NCBI GenBank assembly: GCA_964016885.1
Contig: OZ024742.1
Span: forward strand, 210,366,001 to 210,430,000
Direction of reading: 5' to 3'
DNA: 64,000 nucleotides
Origin: Eledone cirrhosa
Taxonomy: Eukaryota
Below the pieces are notes generated by a model, which was not told where the DNA came from, made no database searches, and was given only the letters and a program-made list of their open reading frames with translations. Of this stretch, positions 51,756 through 64,000 are shown piece after piece. Both the position numbers and the translations under genes were made by a program. Position 1 is the first letter of the stretch; every line of letters begins with the position of its first letter.

Positions 51756-52945
51756 TCCAAGAGATATTACTCAGATTAAATAGAGTGGTTTCTCTTTGCC
51801 CCTACCAGGTCTATGGCAAGATCTAACCTCAGTATTGCATGGTAATGAAATATTCATCAATTTTAGTCACCCTCTGTGGAGGCACGTGATTTAGTGGTTA
51901 AGTTGTTCAGTTCATGATCATGAGATCGATTCCTGCACAAGGTGATACATTGTAATCTTGAGCAAGAAGCTTTATTATATGTTGCTCCAGTAGTATGAGG
52001 ACTTATCATCCCTTTCTACTATGTTAACGATATCGAAAGCTCTAGTAACAGAACAAATTGACTTGTTGATGAGGTTGCCTCGTGTTTCTCCACACCAGGA
52101 TGAGACAGAGTCGCCATTGCTAAAAGGTGAATTATACCATACAATGTTTATTTTATCATTTAGTCAGAGGAAAAGGGTCATGGTATCCATGACCCTTGTA
52201 GGATCTCCTAGAACTGGTGTAAGTTTATGTAGTTAAAGCTCAGTTTCTGGAAAGTGACACCTATACAGAAAATGTGAACAAAAAAGAAATCCATTGAGAC
52301 AGCAATTTTAAGGTAAAGTGTTTGGTGTGAAGCTTTTGTAGGGGTGAGAACATGGTATAAATGGCTAAGTGAAGTGATGTATTTGCAGCAGTTGGGCTTA
52401 GGAAGAAGTGTGGAAATTGCTAGTTTATAGGAGGAAAAATTGTTGTAGAAGAAACAGGTCTAGTGATTATTGTATGTTGGTAAGTTTTGTTGATCAACCA
52501 GGTAGCATTTTTGGTGGGGAGGCAGTCTAAAATGTCTGTGTATAGTAGCAGCATTCCAATTTTAGTTAGGTAGATTATAACATTAACAATTAAATATTTT
52601 TAATGATTCAGGAAAATATAGATCTCTTAGCATCATTTAATGTCCATTCTCCATGCTTGCATGGGTTAGATGAGCTGTCTCGTCGTGAGACAAATTGGAT
52701 CAGGTAACCATGTCTTGTTTATACAGAACTGTTTCTGGCTAGGTTTCTACAGCTAGATGCCCTTTCTAACACCAACCACATTTACAGTGGACTGAGGGCT
52801 TTTTATGGCACCAAAACGACCAACTGACAGGTTAGACTGGGTGCTTTTTATCGTGACACCAGCATAACCACCTTTTATTTTAACTTAGAGTGCACTGAAT
52901 TTTATAAAGCTAACCAAAAGAATATTTATAAAAGCTCAACAGTTA

Positions 52946-53215
<270 letters not shown>

Positions 53216-53525
53216 TTAGAAACAGATATACACCGTTATCATCACTGTTTAACATCTATTTTCCATGCTTGTACAAGTTAGATAGATTGAACAGATTGAA
53301 GCCTGACAGGTCAGGTGACCACATCTTGCTCATACACACCGATTTTGTGTTGGATGCTCTTCCTAATACCAACTGTTTTACAGTATGTGCTGAGAGCATT
53401 TTAGTTATAACACTTTACAGGGTGAACTGGGTGCTTTTGTCATAGCACCATATATATAGATAGATCTATAGAGTATTAAATACATCGAAGGCTATATGCA
53501 GTTGTATTCAGGTTTATTTTCATCT

Positions 53526-53605
53526 CCATGATACATATTTCGCTAAGGTTGATGGCTAGGTAGTTTTCATCTTATCCATTCCACTAGCCTCAGCTCATCA
53601 GATGG
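53526..53605 (-). ncRNA. Type I minimal hammerhead ribozyme
   Basis: Minus strand reads CCAU-CUGAUGA-GCUGAGG...CCUUAGC-GAAA-U-AUGU-A-UC-AUGG; core nucleotides intact, G-C closed stem II, AUC cleavage triplet; (TA)n about 70 nt downstream. Confidence 0.75.
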
Positions 53606-54418
53606 TATAAAAATCTTTAAACAATTTCACAGAACTTTAAATTTTTTTTTATATGCGGGACCGGTGGTATGTGTAGTTGTTCGTTCTATCCCAGGCGGAT
53701 ACGGGAGCCAACTGGCAAAGAACCAACAACAGTTTTGGGGGAGGGAAAAGTTGAACAAATCATCACCAATTCGTTACTGGTACTTTATTTTATCGACCTA
53801 CTCAGAACATAAAGGGTTGTAACTATATGCTGCAAAGCATGTTGTCTGATGCTCTACTGATACTGCCAATCCACAGCCCTTTAACCTAAAAAATGGTTTC
53901 TGATGTAGGCATGAGGCCAACAATTTTGGGAGAAGAGAAAGTCAATTCATCCAGAAGGATGAAAGGCAAAGCTAACCTCAGTGGGATCTGAACCCAGAAT
54001 GTAAAGGGCTGTAACTATATGCTGCATAGCATGTTATCTGATGTTCTTCTGATTCCAATCTAATAATAATAATATCTTCTCATTTACACATATATTATTA
54101 AACTAACAAAGAAAGCAGCCACTCCATACTATAAGGTTTAACAATAATCATTATCATCATATGTTATTTAAAAATTTCATATTATTGATATGAAATATAT
54201 CAGATAATTTCTGATTACAATATTTCCATTGTCAAAAGATTACGTAATAAAGATATAGAAATGGATTACTGAACAGGTATTTTCAAGTTTTCAGGTAAAA
54301 AAAACACACAACCACCATCATAAATAACTACAGTTTCAATAACTAATCCATTATTTAAATCATGAATGTATTCCAAAAATGAAAAAGTAAAAAAATTCAA
54401 TATTAATTCAATTTATTA

Positions 54419-54541
<123 letters not shown>

Positions 54542-55334
54542 CTAGAGAAACAAAGATAATCATATTAATAACATCATAAAGTACCAGTAATGCACTGGGT
54601 AATTGTTGGCCTTGTGCCAAAAGTAGAAACAATTAATAACATTGTATATCATCATACCTACTCATGAATATTGGGTAATGACCAAAAGAAAATGATTGCA
54701 AATATAAGTGACCAAAACGGGGTTCCTCCAAAGGGTCTTTGGAGTAATTTTACTCAATTGGGTGTGTAACTTGGAAATTAGGAAGTCACTCCAGGTAGAG
54801 CTGCTACTTCTCCAAATCAAGAAATTACAGGCATGTGGTTAGAATGTCTAAGGACAAAAAGTCACTGAACAGATTTTACAGGCAAAGCTAACTGGTAGGA
54901 GATCCAAAAGTAGACTATGTAGGAGATCCAAAAGTAGACTATGTTAATATCCAAAAGCTTGGTTGCTTTTGATTTGGAGACCCAGCAAGATCATTTGGAG
55001 ATGGTTACTTCAGATAGGATCCTCCGGAAGGGTGTGTCTGAGGACTCTACCCCAACAACCCTTTCAGGAATAAGTAGGCAAAGATGATCCTTGTTTAAAT
55101 GTCTTCTGTTACTAGTTTGAAAGAAATACTAGACAACTGAATTTTTATAAAAGCAGTTATACTGGCAAAATTATATGGAATGGCAGCAACACTCCAGTTT
55201 AATGAATATATCTGAAAATTAGCCAAGCATATGTTCATGTTTATTAAAAAAAAATGGTGGTGATTTCCTGCTGTTGTGTCCTCTGGAGAAAGTCTGCTTA
55301 TGTTCTAACAAATTTATAATAAACAACACGTTAC

Positions 55335-55861
<527 letters not shown>

Positions 55862-55972
55862 TTATTAAAATATGTCTGAGTGGGATATAATAAATTTATA
55901 TAAAGTAAGTTATATATATATACATGACGGAAAAATAGCTCATATAGATTAGCCGGGTTTGTGTGTATGATA

Positions 55973-58900
55973 ACAGCTGCTTGGAAATCGCCATTTCCCG
56001 TCCCATCCGCCCACCTCCACCACCTTCCGGTATGCATGCCTGCGCTGTACACTAACCACTTGTGCACATAGCACGTTAAACCAAGTTCTGCTCAGAGCTG
56101 ACACGGGGCGGACGGAGGCTTCGTAAGCTGTAGAGTTGGCAACCCGTCTAGGAGAGCTACCACTCCGAATATGGTGCGGGGTAGAGAAGCCCCTAAGTCC
56201 AGTAAGATGACTTCCATAGTGCTGGTGGCACGAATAAAAGCACCCGGTCCATGCTGTAACATGGAGGTAATGGTAGTAGCATTCAGCTATTAAAAAACAT
56301 ACCAAACTATGGAGTAGAGAGGCCCCTGAGTCCAGTAAGACAACCTCTCTAGTACTGGAGGCACGAATAAAAGCACCCAGTCCATGCTGTAAAGTGGCAC
56401 TGGTGTTAGGAAGGGCATCCAACTAGTGTTTTAATACCAAAACAATAATGAGCACAACAAAGAATTTATATAGCAATAACTGCGTGAACAGCAACAACAC
56501 TAACCATGTTAGGGCTGTGCACAGTAGTGGGGTGGCTAGTGCAGTCAAGTGCGAGAACCCGCTGACCGTCATCAAGCAATTGCACAACATGAACATGATT
56601 ATAAACAATTTTTCTTTGCAGAGAAGGAAGAAGTTTCAACAAAAGACGTCGCATCTCAGGGTTGCCACACTTAATGTTGGCACCCTGACAGGTAGATCTG
56701 GCGAAATAGTGGAGATGCTAGAGAGAAGACATGTGGATGTGTGCTGCATGCAAGAGGTGAGATGGAGAGGTGCCTCTGCGAGACTAATCGCAGGCAAACA
56801 TCTTAGTTATAAGCTTTTCTGGGTGAGTAATGATGATGGGTTAGGGGGAGTAGGCATTTTACTGGCTGAGAGGTGGATCGATAAGACAATAGAGGTAGTT
56901 AGAGTCAGTAATAGAATAATTAAGATTAGATTAGTTGTAGGCAAGAGACTGTTGACAATCATCTCTACCTATGCTCCCCAGGCATGCCTCAGTAAAGAAG
57001 AGAAAGACTGCTTTTATAATAATAATAATAATGAAATTATTGTGTACAGTGCTCAGGTGCACTACAACTCATCAAAGGTGCATGTATAGTACATAGAATA
57101 ATAAAGTGTCAGGAAAATGAACAGTGTATGAGTCATGATATAATAACAATAACAATAATGAAATATTGTGTACAGTGCCCAGGTGCACCACAACTCATCA
57201 AAAAAGTGCATGTACAGTACATAGGGCAATGCACAAACATCAGTAAAATGAACAGTGCACGAGTCGTGATACACACGTGTGCATGTGTATGGAAGGGGTA
57301 CATCAGGTGTAGTTTTGGCGTATTTCGGGAAGCATGAGTGTCTTAAAGGATGCAGTGTCTCGGCAGCTAACAATTGACGCAGGCAGTTTGTTCCATGCTT
57401 CAACAACTCTGAGCGTGAAAAAATGTCTACGAAAGTCATGGGAGCTGTGCTGTTTTCTGATCTTGTAGGCATGTCCACGTGTATTAGACACATGGAGATC
57501 AAAGAGGCGCTCAGGGTTGCAATTGGCGAGACGGTTAAAAACTTTGTGGGTATTCACCAAGTCCATTGCCAGACGTCGGAGCTTCAATGAATCCATGCCC
57601 AGGGAAGCAAGGCGTTCAGAGTATGGTAGGTGTCTGATGGAGGGTATGCGCTTGGTTGCACGTCTCTGAACAGTTTCCAGGAGGTCAATGTTCTGAGCAA
57701 GATAGGGGTTCCAGACTGATGATGCGAATTCCAAGTGTGGTCGCACCATAGCTGTATACAGTTTTAAATAGATGGCTGGAGAGCGGCTAACAAAGGTCTT
57801 GCTGAGTGATGCCAAGACACCCTCGGCCTTCTTGACAATCTTAGAGACATGCTTTGTCCAACGCAAATCGTTGCTGACAGTAATGCCCAGGTCACGTTCA
57901 CAAGAGGACTTTTTTATATCAGTGTTGTGGAGGGAGTATGTGGACGCTGGATTTTTCCTTCCAAAATGCATGGTGGTACACTTGTCCACAGCCAGCTTCA
58001 GTTGCCAGTCTGTGATCCATTGCTGCATTGTGTCCAGGTCTGATTGTAGGAAAGAGTTGTAAATTTCAGGATCAGTTCTTTTGATTTCAAGGTACAGCTT
58101 GATGTCATCTGCATATTTTAGTACCGTGGCATTCTGTAAGTTGGCATCTATGTCATTAATATATGCCACAAACAAAAGAGGACCAAGAACAGATCCCTGT
58201 GGTACACCAGATGACATCTCATATGGTGAAGAATGCTGACCTAGAACCGTGACTACTTCTTTTCGGCTGAGAATGAAGGATTTCAACCAGTCGAAAAGAT
58301 CATCCCTCACACCCATTGCAGAGAGTTTTGCCATAAGTCTTTTGTGTGGCACATTTTATGAGCAACTTTTAGAAACAGCTACAATGATAGAGGATAGAGA
58401 CATCGTTATGTTAGCAGGGGACTTCAATGGTCATGTTGGACAGCTCCAGGATGGATATACTGGGGTACATGGTGGGCACGGTTACGGCTCAAGAAATGAA
58501 GAAGGAGTGAGGCTTCTTGAATTTTGTGATGCAAGTGCACTAACCATTTGCAACACTTCCAGAAACCTACCAATCAGGCAAGCACATAAGCCAGATTGAC
58601 TTCTTGCTAGTTAGACAACGAGATAGGCAGATGGTGTCTAATACCAAGGCATACCCTGGGGAAGAATGTACCCCACAGCATAGGTTAGTCGTTAGTGATA
58701 TCTCAGTAAGCAAGAGATGGAATGAGACATACAGGAAGGTGTGGAGAAGAAAGATCTGGAAGCTAAAAGACCTTTCACTAAAATATAAATTTAGGAAAGC
58801 CCTTCAAGATGTGTACAACGAAAAAGAAGACGATTTAGAATCGTATGACATAGATGATAACTGGAATTTCTTATGTGACAACATACAGCAGGCTACTGAA

Positions 58901-60930
58901 GAAACTTGTGGCTGGAGCAGAGCTCCAACCAGACAGAGAGTGACCTGGTGGGGGAACAGCACAGTAGATAGGGCCATTAAAGACAAAAGACTAGCATGGA
59001 AGGCTTGGAAAAATGGTGGGAGTAGAAAAGGATACACAGCCGCTAAGAGAGAAGCTAGACATCAGGTATACTTAGCAACAGGGAGGCTGAGAGTAGGAGG
59101 TTTGCCAATGTTCTGCGATGGGAAGATCAGAGATGTGCGGTGTTCCACATTGCAAGGCAGTGTGTCAGTGTAAATCAGGATGTTGTTGGAGAAAAGTGTG
59201 TCCGAAATGATGCTGGTGTACTTAGTGTCACTAATGATAAAAAAAAGGAGGCCTGGAAATGTCATTATGAGAGACTGATGAATGTGGAGAACGAATGGGA
59301 GAGAGAGAAACTACCCCCAGTAGATTCGATAGAGGGACCAGCTATTGAGATTGATGACTATAGGGTCTAAGAGGCAATTAAGGAAATGAAAAGTGGTAAG
59401 ACCGCTGGACCGTTGCTGAGATGCTGAAGGCAACAGGAGAAGTAGGAACTAAACTGGTTGCACGCATCGTCAATCAAGCTATATATGGCGGAGTCATACC
59501 CAAAGACTGGTGCAACAGTGTTCTTATAAATTGCTACAAAGGTAAAGGGGATGCTCTGGAGAGGAGCAATTATAGGGGTATAAAACTGATGGATCAGGTT
59601 ATGAAAGTGGCAGAAAGGATATTAGCACAACTAATTAGAGAAAGGGTCAAACTAGTGAGACAACTACAAGAGAGGGTCATAGAGAAGAATAAGCCACTAT
59701 ACTTAGCTTTTGTTGACCTAGAGAAGACTTTGATAGGGTACCCCGATCTGTCATCTGGTGGTCCCTAAGGAAACTAGGTGTAGAGGACGGGCTTGTGAGG
59801 ACAGTGCAAGCTATGTAAAGTGAGAGTAGGAATGGAGTTTAGTGAGGAATTCCAGATACAAGTAGGAGTAGATCAGGGTTTGGTCCTCAGCCTGCTCTTG
59901 TTCATTATAGTCCTCCAAGCCATAACAGAGGAGTTTAAGACTGGCTGCACATGGGAACTTCTCTATGCTAACGATCTTGTATTCATAACAGAATCAGTAG
60001 AGGAGCTAGATAAATTCTGGCTATGGAAACAGCAGTTGGAATCAAGATGGCTGAGAGTAAACCTAGCTAGGACAAAAGTAGAAAAGAGGACAAAACTGTG
60101 ATTCCATCAGGGAAATGGCCATGTTTAATATGGAGAAAAGGAGCTGGCATAAATTCTATAAAATGTACACAATGCAGATCTTGGGTACACAAGAGATGTA
60201 GTGGGATAGCAGGCAAACTAACAGGTAGAGAAAACTACATATGCAGTAGATGTACAGGGAAATTTGACAGTAGAAGTCGCATTGATAGACACATTTTTCA
60301 AATGCGGGTAGGATCTATAGAAGTGGTTGATAGCTTCTGGTACCTAGGTGATCAGATTAACAAGGGAGGGGGTGCTCCGAGGCCATAGTATCTAGAATAA
60401 GGATGGGCTGGAAGAAATTTAGGAAGCTGCTTCCTCTGTTGACAAAGAAGGCTTTCTTCCTGCAAACGAAAGGCCGGTTATATGATGTCTGTGTGAGATG
60501 CGCGATGCTGCATGGTAGTGAGACATGGGCAGCAACTGTAGAGGATATGCGACGGCCGGAGAGAAATGAAGCAAGCATGCTCCGTTGGATATGCAATGTC
60601 AATGTGCGTGAATGATCAAGCATAGATGAGTTGAGAGAGAAACTCTGTATAAGAGAGATAAGTTGTAGTGTGCGGGAGAGAAGACTGCGATGGTATGGAC
60701 ATGTGATGTGCATGGGGGATGACTGCTGGGTAAAGAAGTGCCAAGAAATCCCAGTAGAAGGAAGACCACGAAAAACATGGGCGGAGGTGGTGAGAGTAGA
60801 CCTCAGATCGCTGATGTTCATGGAGGAGATGACGGAGGACTGTGACAAGTGGAGAGATGCTGTGCTGAATAGGACCCATCCCACCCTTGCAAGCAGGGAA
60901 AAGCGGACGTAAAACGATGATGATGATAAG
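55973..60930 (+). mobile_element. Apparently full-length but inactivated RTE LINE, antisense in a PRPF4B intron
   Basis: GC-rich 5' UTR; APE endonuclease (ATLNVGTL, MQEVRW, YAPQ, GDFNGHVG); RT; PHD-like finger; (GAT)n tail; possible TSD ATGATAA; several stops and frameshifts. Confidence 0.92.
57018..58353 (-). mobile_element. CR1-clade LINE (5'-truncated) nested in the RTE endonuclease
   Basis: Open 349-aa frame with GVPQGSVLGPLLF, YADD, ERDLGI, YTAMVRPHLEF and WNKLP; (TTA)n tail; TSD TTTTAT at 57012-57017 and 58354-58359; removal restores the RTE frame KDCFYEQLLE. Confidence 0.93.
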
Positions 60931-62319
60931 TTGTGACAGAAAAATGTAATGCATTAGAAAATGTATAGCATTGAAAAATGAAAGCAACAACACATCAACT
61001 GTGATGGCATAAAATATATCAGTAAACCCATTCAAACAGAATTCACTTATAGACCTGATGCAAGAAAATTTCACACTGCAGATTTCTTTATTCTAGTCAT
61101 AACATTTTATAATTTGATATCACTTCCCACGGGTACAAGCCGAAGCTGATAGACAATGCGCCCCCATGCCCCTCCCATTGTAAAGTGGTCATGTAGGTGT
61201 CACAACAAAAAGCACCCAGTCCACACTGTAAAGTGGTCGTGTAGGCGCCACGGTAAAAAGCACCCAGTACTCACTGTAAATGAGGTTGGTGTTAGGAAGA
61301 GCATCCAGCTGTAGAAAACGAACCAAAATCAGTCCTGTATGAGCAAGACATGGTCACCCAACAGGACAACTTGTCTAATCCATGCTAGCATGGAAACATT
61401 GATGTGTGATGATGATGATAATGATGAGGATGATGATGAAGGTTAACCACAGTCCTGCTGCCACTAAAAGTTAAAATGATAAACTCTTCAGCTGTTAGAC
61501 AACTGCCATTTCTGTCTATCTGCAACTAAAAACTAACTAATCTCATTGAACATGTTGAATAGATAATATTAAGAAGGGTAGCTAGTTGCAAAATACATAC
61601 ATAATACTCCTGCAAATATCCAATGTGTCATTTATGTTGACAAAAAGAAGAAGCAAACAAACCTTTATTGAAATCAATAACATCAATTTTAACATCTATT
61701 TTTCTATACTGGTCGATGTAACTGCACTAGATTATTGTACTATATGGTTTGTTATCATATCTAAAGAACAATATTATTACTCTAATCTAACTAGTAGGTG
61801 GAAAGTGTATGAAGACCATTGTGTATGTGCTTGTGTGTGTCAGTCTGTGTGGCGTTGTTTTGCATTTGATACTGCTGGTGGTGACATTTGTTTATGTCCA
61901 TGAGGGTTCATGTTAGGAAGGGTGTCCAGTGATAGAACACTACCTCAAAAAGTCTTGTCCAATCCATGCCAGCATGGAAAAATAAGACATAAAAACAATA
62001 ATTAAGATGATAAATGATGAACTTCCTTAAAGTTTCTGTTAACTAAATACACTCACAAGGTATTGATCAACCTCAGGCTATTGTAGAAGACACTTGCCAA
62101 AGGTGATGTGCAGTGGAATGGAACATGAAGCCATGTGGCTGCAAGGTAAATTTCTTAACCACACAACGATGTCTTTGCCTATATTTAATGGAATATAATT
62201 TAACACATGGAACAGAAGCTTAGAACATCACAAAGAAATATGCAAAGATGCATGATAGGAATCACTGAGTATATAAAAACTTGTCAATGGATAAGAGAGC
62301 AAAGAAAAGTATAAGAAAT

Positions 62320-62597
62320 CATAAAACATTAAGGAGAGAAAATAGAAGTGAGCAGGACATGTGGTAGAAACAAATGACAAGAGATAGACAGAGTTGTCTA
62401 CAGAATGGAGACCAAGAGAGGCAGGTTGACAATGTTGAAGAAGACAGAAGATGATATAAAGAGATGAGATCAATAAGTTTAGTTTATGAATGCTAAATGG
62501 ATGAGAGTAGAATATGATATGAACAATCAACAGTGGCGAGGGGAGGGGGTATTTGCTTTGCAGTGGGTAGAATATGCCTGAGAATGATGATGATAAT
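62320..62597 (+). mobile_element. Old RTE-like LINE 3' remnant
   Basis: Degenerate (W)AGHV...D.R...EWRPR motif and GATGATGAT tail; similar remnant at ~11090-11212. Confidence 0.5.
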
Positions 62598-63526
62598 GTT
62601 TCAACCCATTCTTCTACAACCATTATCTGTTTTATTCCTCACTAGAATACAGAATTTCACATTTCATGCAATTTGCTAGAATCTATCTATAAATTTCTGC
62701 GAATCTGTAACAACATGTAAAGAGAGAGGAGTAGTTTGACTACCTCATACTACTCCTCTCTCTTTATGTTTGCAGCCTGCATGAATATATGTGAATGTAA
62801 AAATATTATAAGACAAAATAAAGTTCAAGGAAAATCGACCACAGAAGAAGAAAACAATTTGTTTATAATATTTTTATATCCTCCACTGATCATCTGCTAT
62901 TTCTTATATCAGATGTAAAGAGAAAGGAGTAGTATGAGGTAGTCACAACAACAGTGGTAACAGCAAAATGTGCAGCTGTTGACTGTCATCCACAAATATT
63001 CTGTGTTTGCATGTTTATATTTATATACACACCTATAAATGTATGCATATGCACATATATCCTGATTCCTGGGGATTCATTTGTCCTGCCCACACACCTG
63101 ATGGTACACCGTGTGGTTTACTCAGCCATTTAACCCTTGGTTGCGAGGTACCTTTTCTTTTTGATATGTTCACTTAGTTTTTTGTTAATATACAAACTAA
63201 ACCCAGCATTTATTTTACACATAACATAGTTTTGTATTCTTTAGATGCTCATTATTGTTAGAGATTAACATTCCAGCATAACTTTATATCAGTACAGTTG
63301 TTAAGTTTTCTTACAAATATCATCTTATTCATGAAATAACTAATAGCTTGAGTAAATTCATCCAAACTTTTCAATAATCAATTTTTACTTATTAGAAATA
63401 TAATATTCATTTATTTTCCTTCTTCTCCCACTTTTTGCTTTCTACCTCAATTCCCTTCCGACTTGTTACCTTGGTAACGAAACCCACTTGCATTGTACAG
63501 CCTTGTAAATACAGATATCCACTTTT

Positions 63527-63570
<44 letters not shown>

Positions 63571-63767
63571 AGGTAATTCCGAAGGAAAAGCAAAGGAAAA
63601 AAGAGTGCTCTATGTATAGAACAGAGCTATTTAATTAGGTGAACAACACAAAATATAACTACTCCATTACCCTTCTATTCTTATGTATATTTGCCGTTAT
63701 TTTTCCAGCCTCACTTCCAATTTTTAACAGATTTTAAATCTCATTTCATATTATTTATCCATAACAT

Positions 63768-63835
63768 CTCTGTCTGATGACCGATCCAGACGTATATTAA
63801 TATTGTCTGGGATCCAGAAACCTTTGGTAATGGAG
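63768..63835 (+). ncRNA. Type I hammerhead ribozyme-like motif inside an inverted-repeat-flanked unit
   Basis: CUCUGU-CUGAUGA-(GAUCCAGAC/GUCUGGGAUC)-GAAAC-CUUUG-GUA-AUGGAG; stem I 6 bp with 2 GU pairs; stem III ACC/GGU; stem II closing pair mismatched. 63628-63671 is an inverted copy of 63826-63872. Confidence 0.68.
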
Positions 63836-63889
63836 TAGCTATATTTTGTGTTGTTCACTTTCTAATTAAATATATATATATGTACAAAG

Positions 63890-64000
63890 TGAAACCTAGT
63901 CAGGTAGACCCAGAAAAACCTGGGACGATTTGATAAATTCTGACCTTACACACTTGCACCTCTCTAAGACCATGTCACTGGACCGAGATCTTTGGCGCTA
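63890..64000 (+). mobile_element. RTE LINE 3' fragment running off the window
   Basis: GRPRKTWDDLINSDLTHLHLSKTMSLDRDLWR. Confidence 0.85.

Noticed and set aside
60930-64000. Further upstream PRPF4B exons
   Set aside because: No sequence for the preceding kinase segment (HLCLVFE-type motif) was found; it is presumably beyond the window.

Overview
Eukaryotic, AT-rich, repeat-dense animal DNA. The SINE/RTE/microsatellite repertoire resembles an octopod cephalopod, but that is inference. Three spliced genes were assembled by hand from GT-AG exons. PFDN6 is complete on the minus strand (4 exons, 12722->1112, 126 aa). SURF1 is complete on the plus strand (9 exons, 15782->48826, 299 aa) and lies head-to-head with PFDN6 across about 3 kb. 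The last four kinase-domain exons of PRPF4B lie on the minus strand (55832->50927), tail-to-tail with SURF1. The introns hold many transposons. SURF1 intron 1 contains a four-level nest (hAT > TGTA...TACA element > CsRn1-like Gypsy > RTE LINE) plus two Helitrons. Elsewhere are many RTE LINEs with a PHD-like finger, a CR1 inside a full-length RTE, CRE and Penelope fragments, MITEs and tRNA-derived SINEs. The most notable non-obvious signal is a set of short type I hammerhead-ribozyme-like modules ending in (TA)n tracts; two of the better-preserved ones read in the sense direction of the host pre-mRNA. Other oddities are an LTR-like element flanked by a 39-bp duplication, a templated fold-back inside an RTE, and a speculative small spliced ORF inside PFDN6 intron 1.
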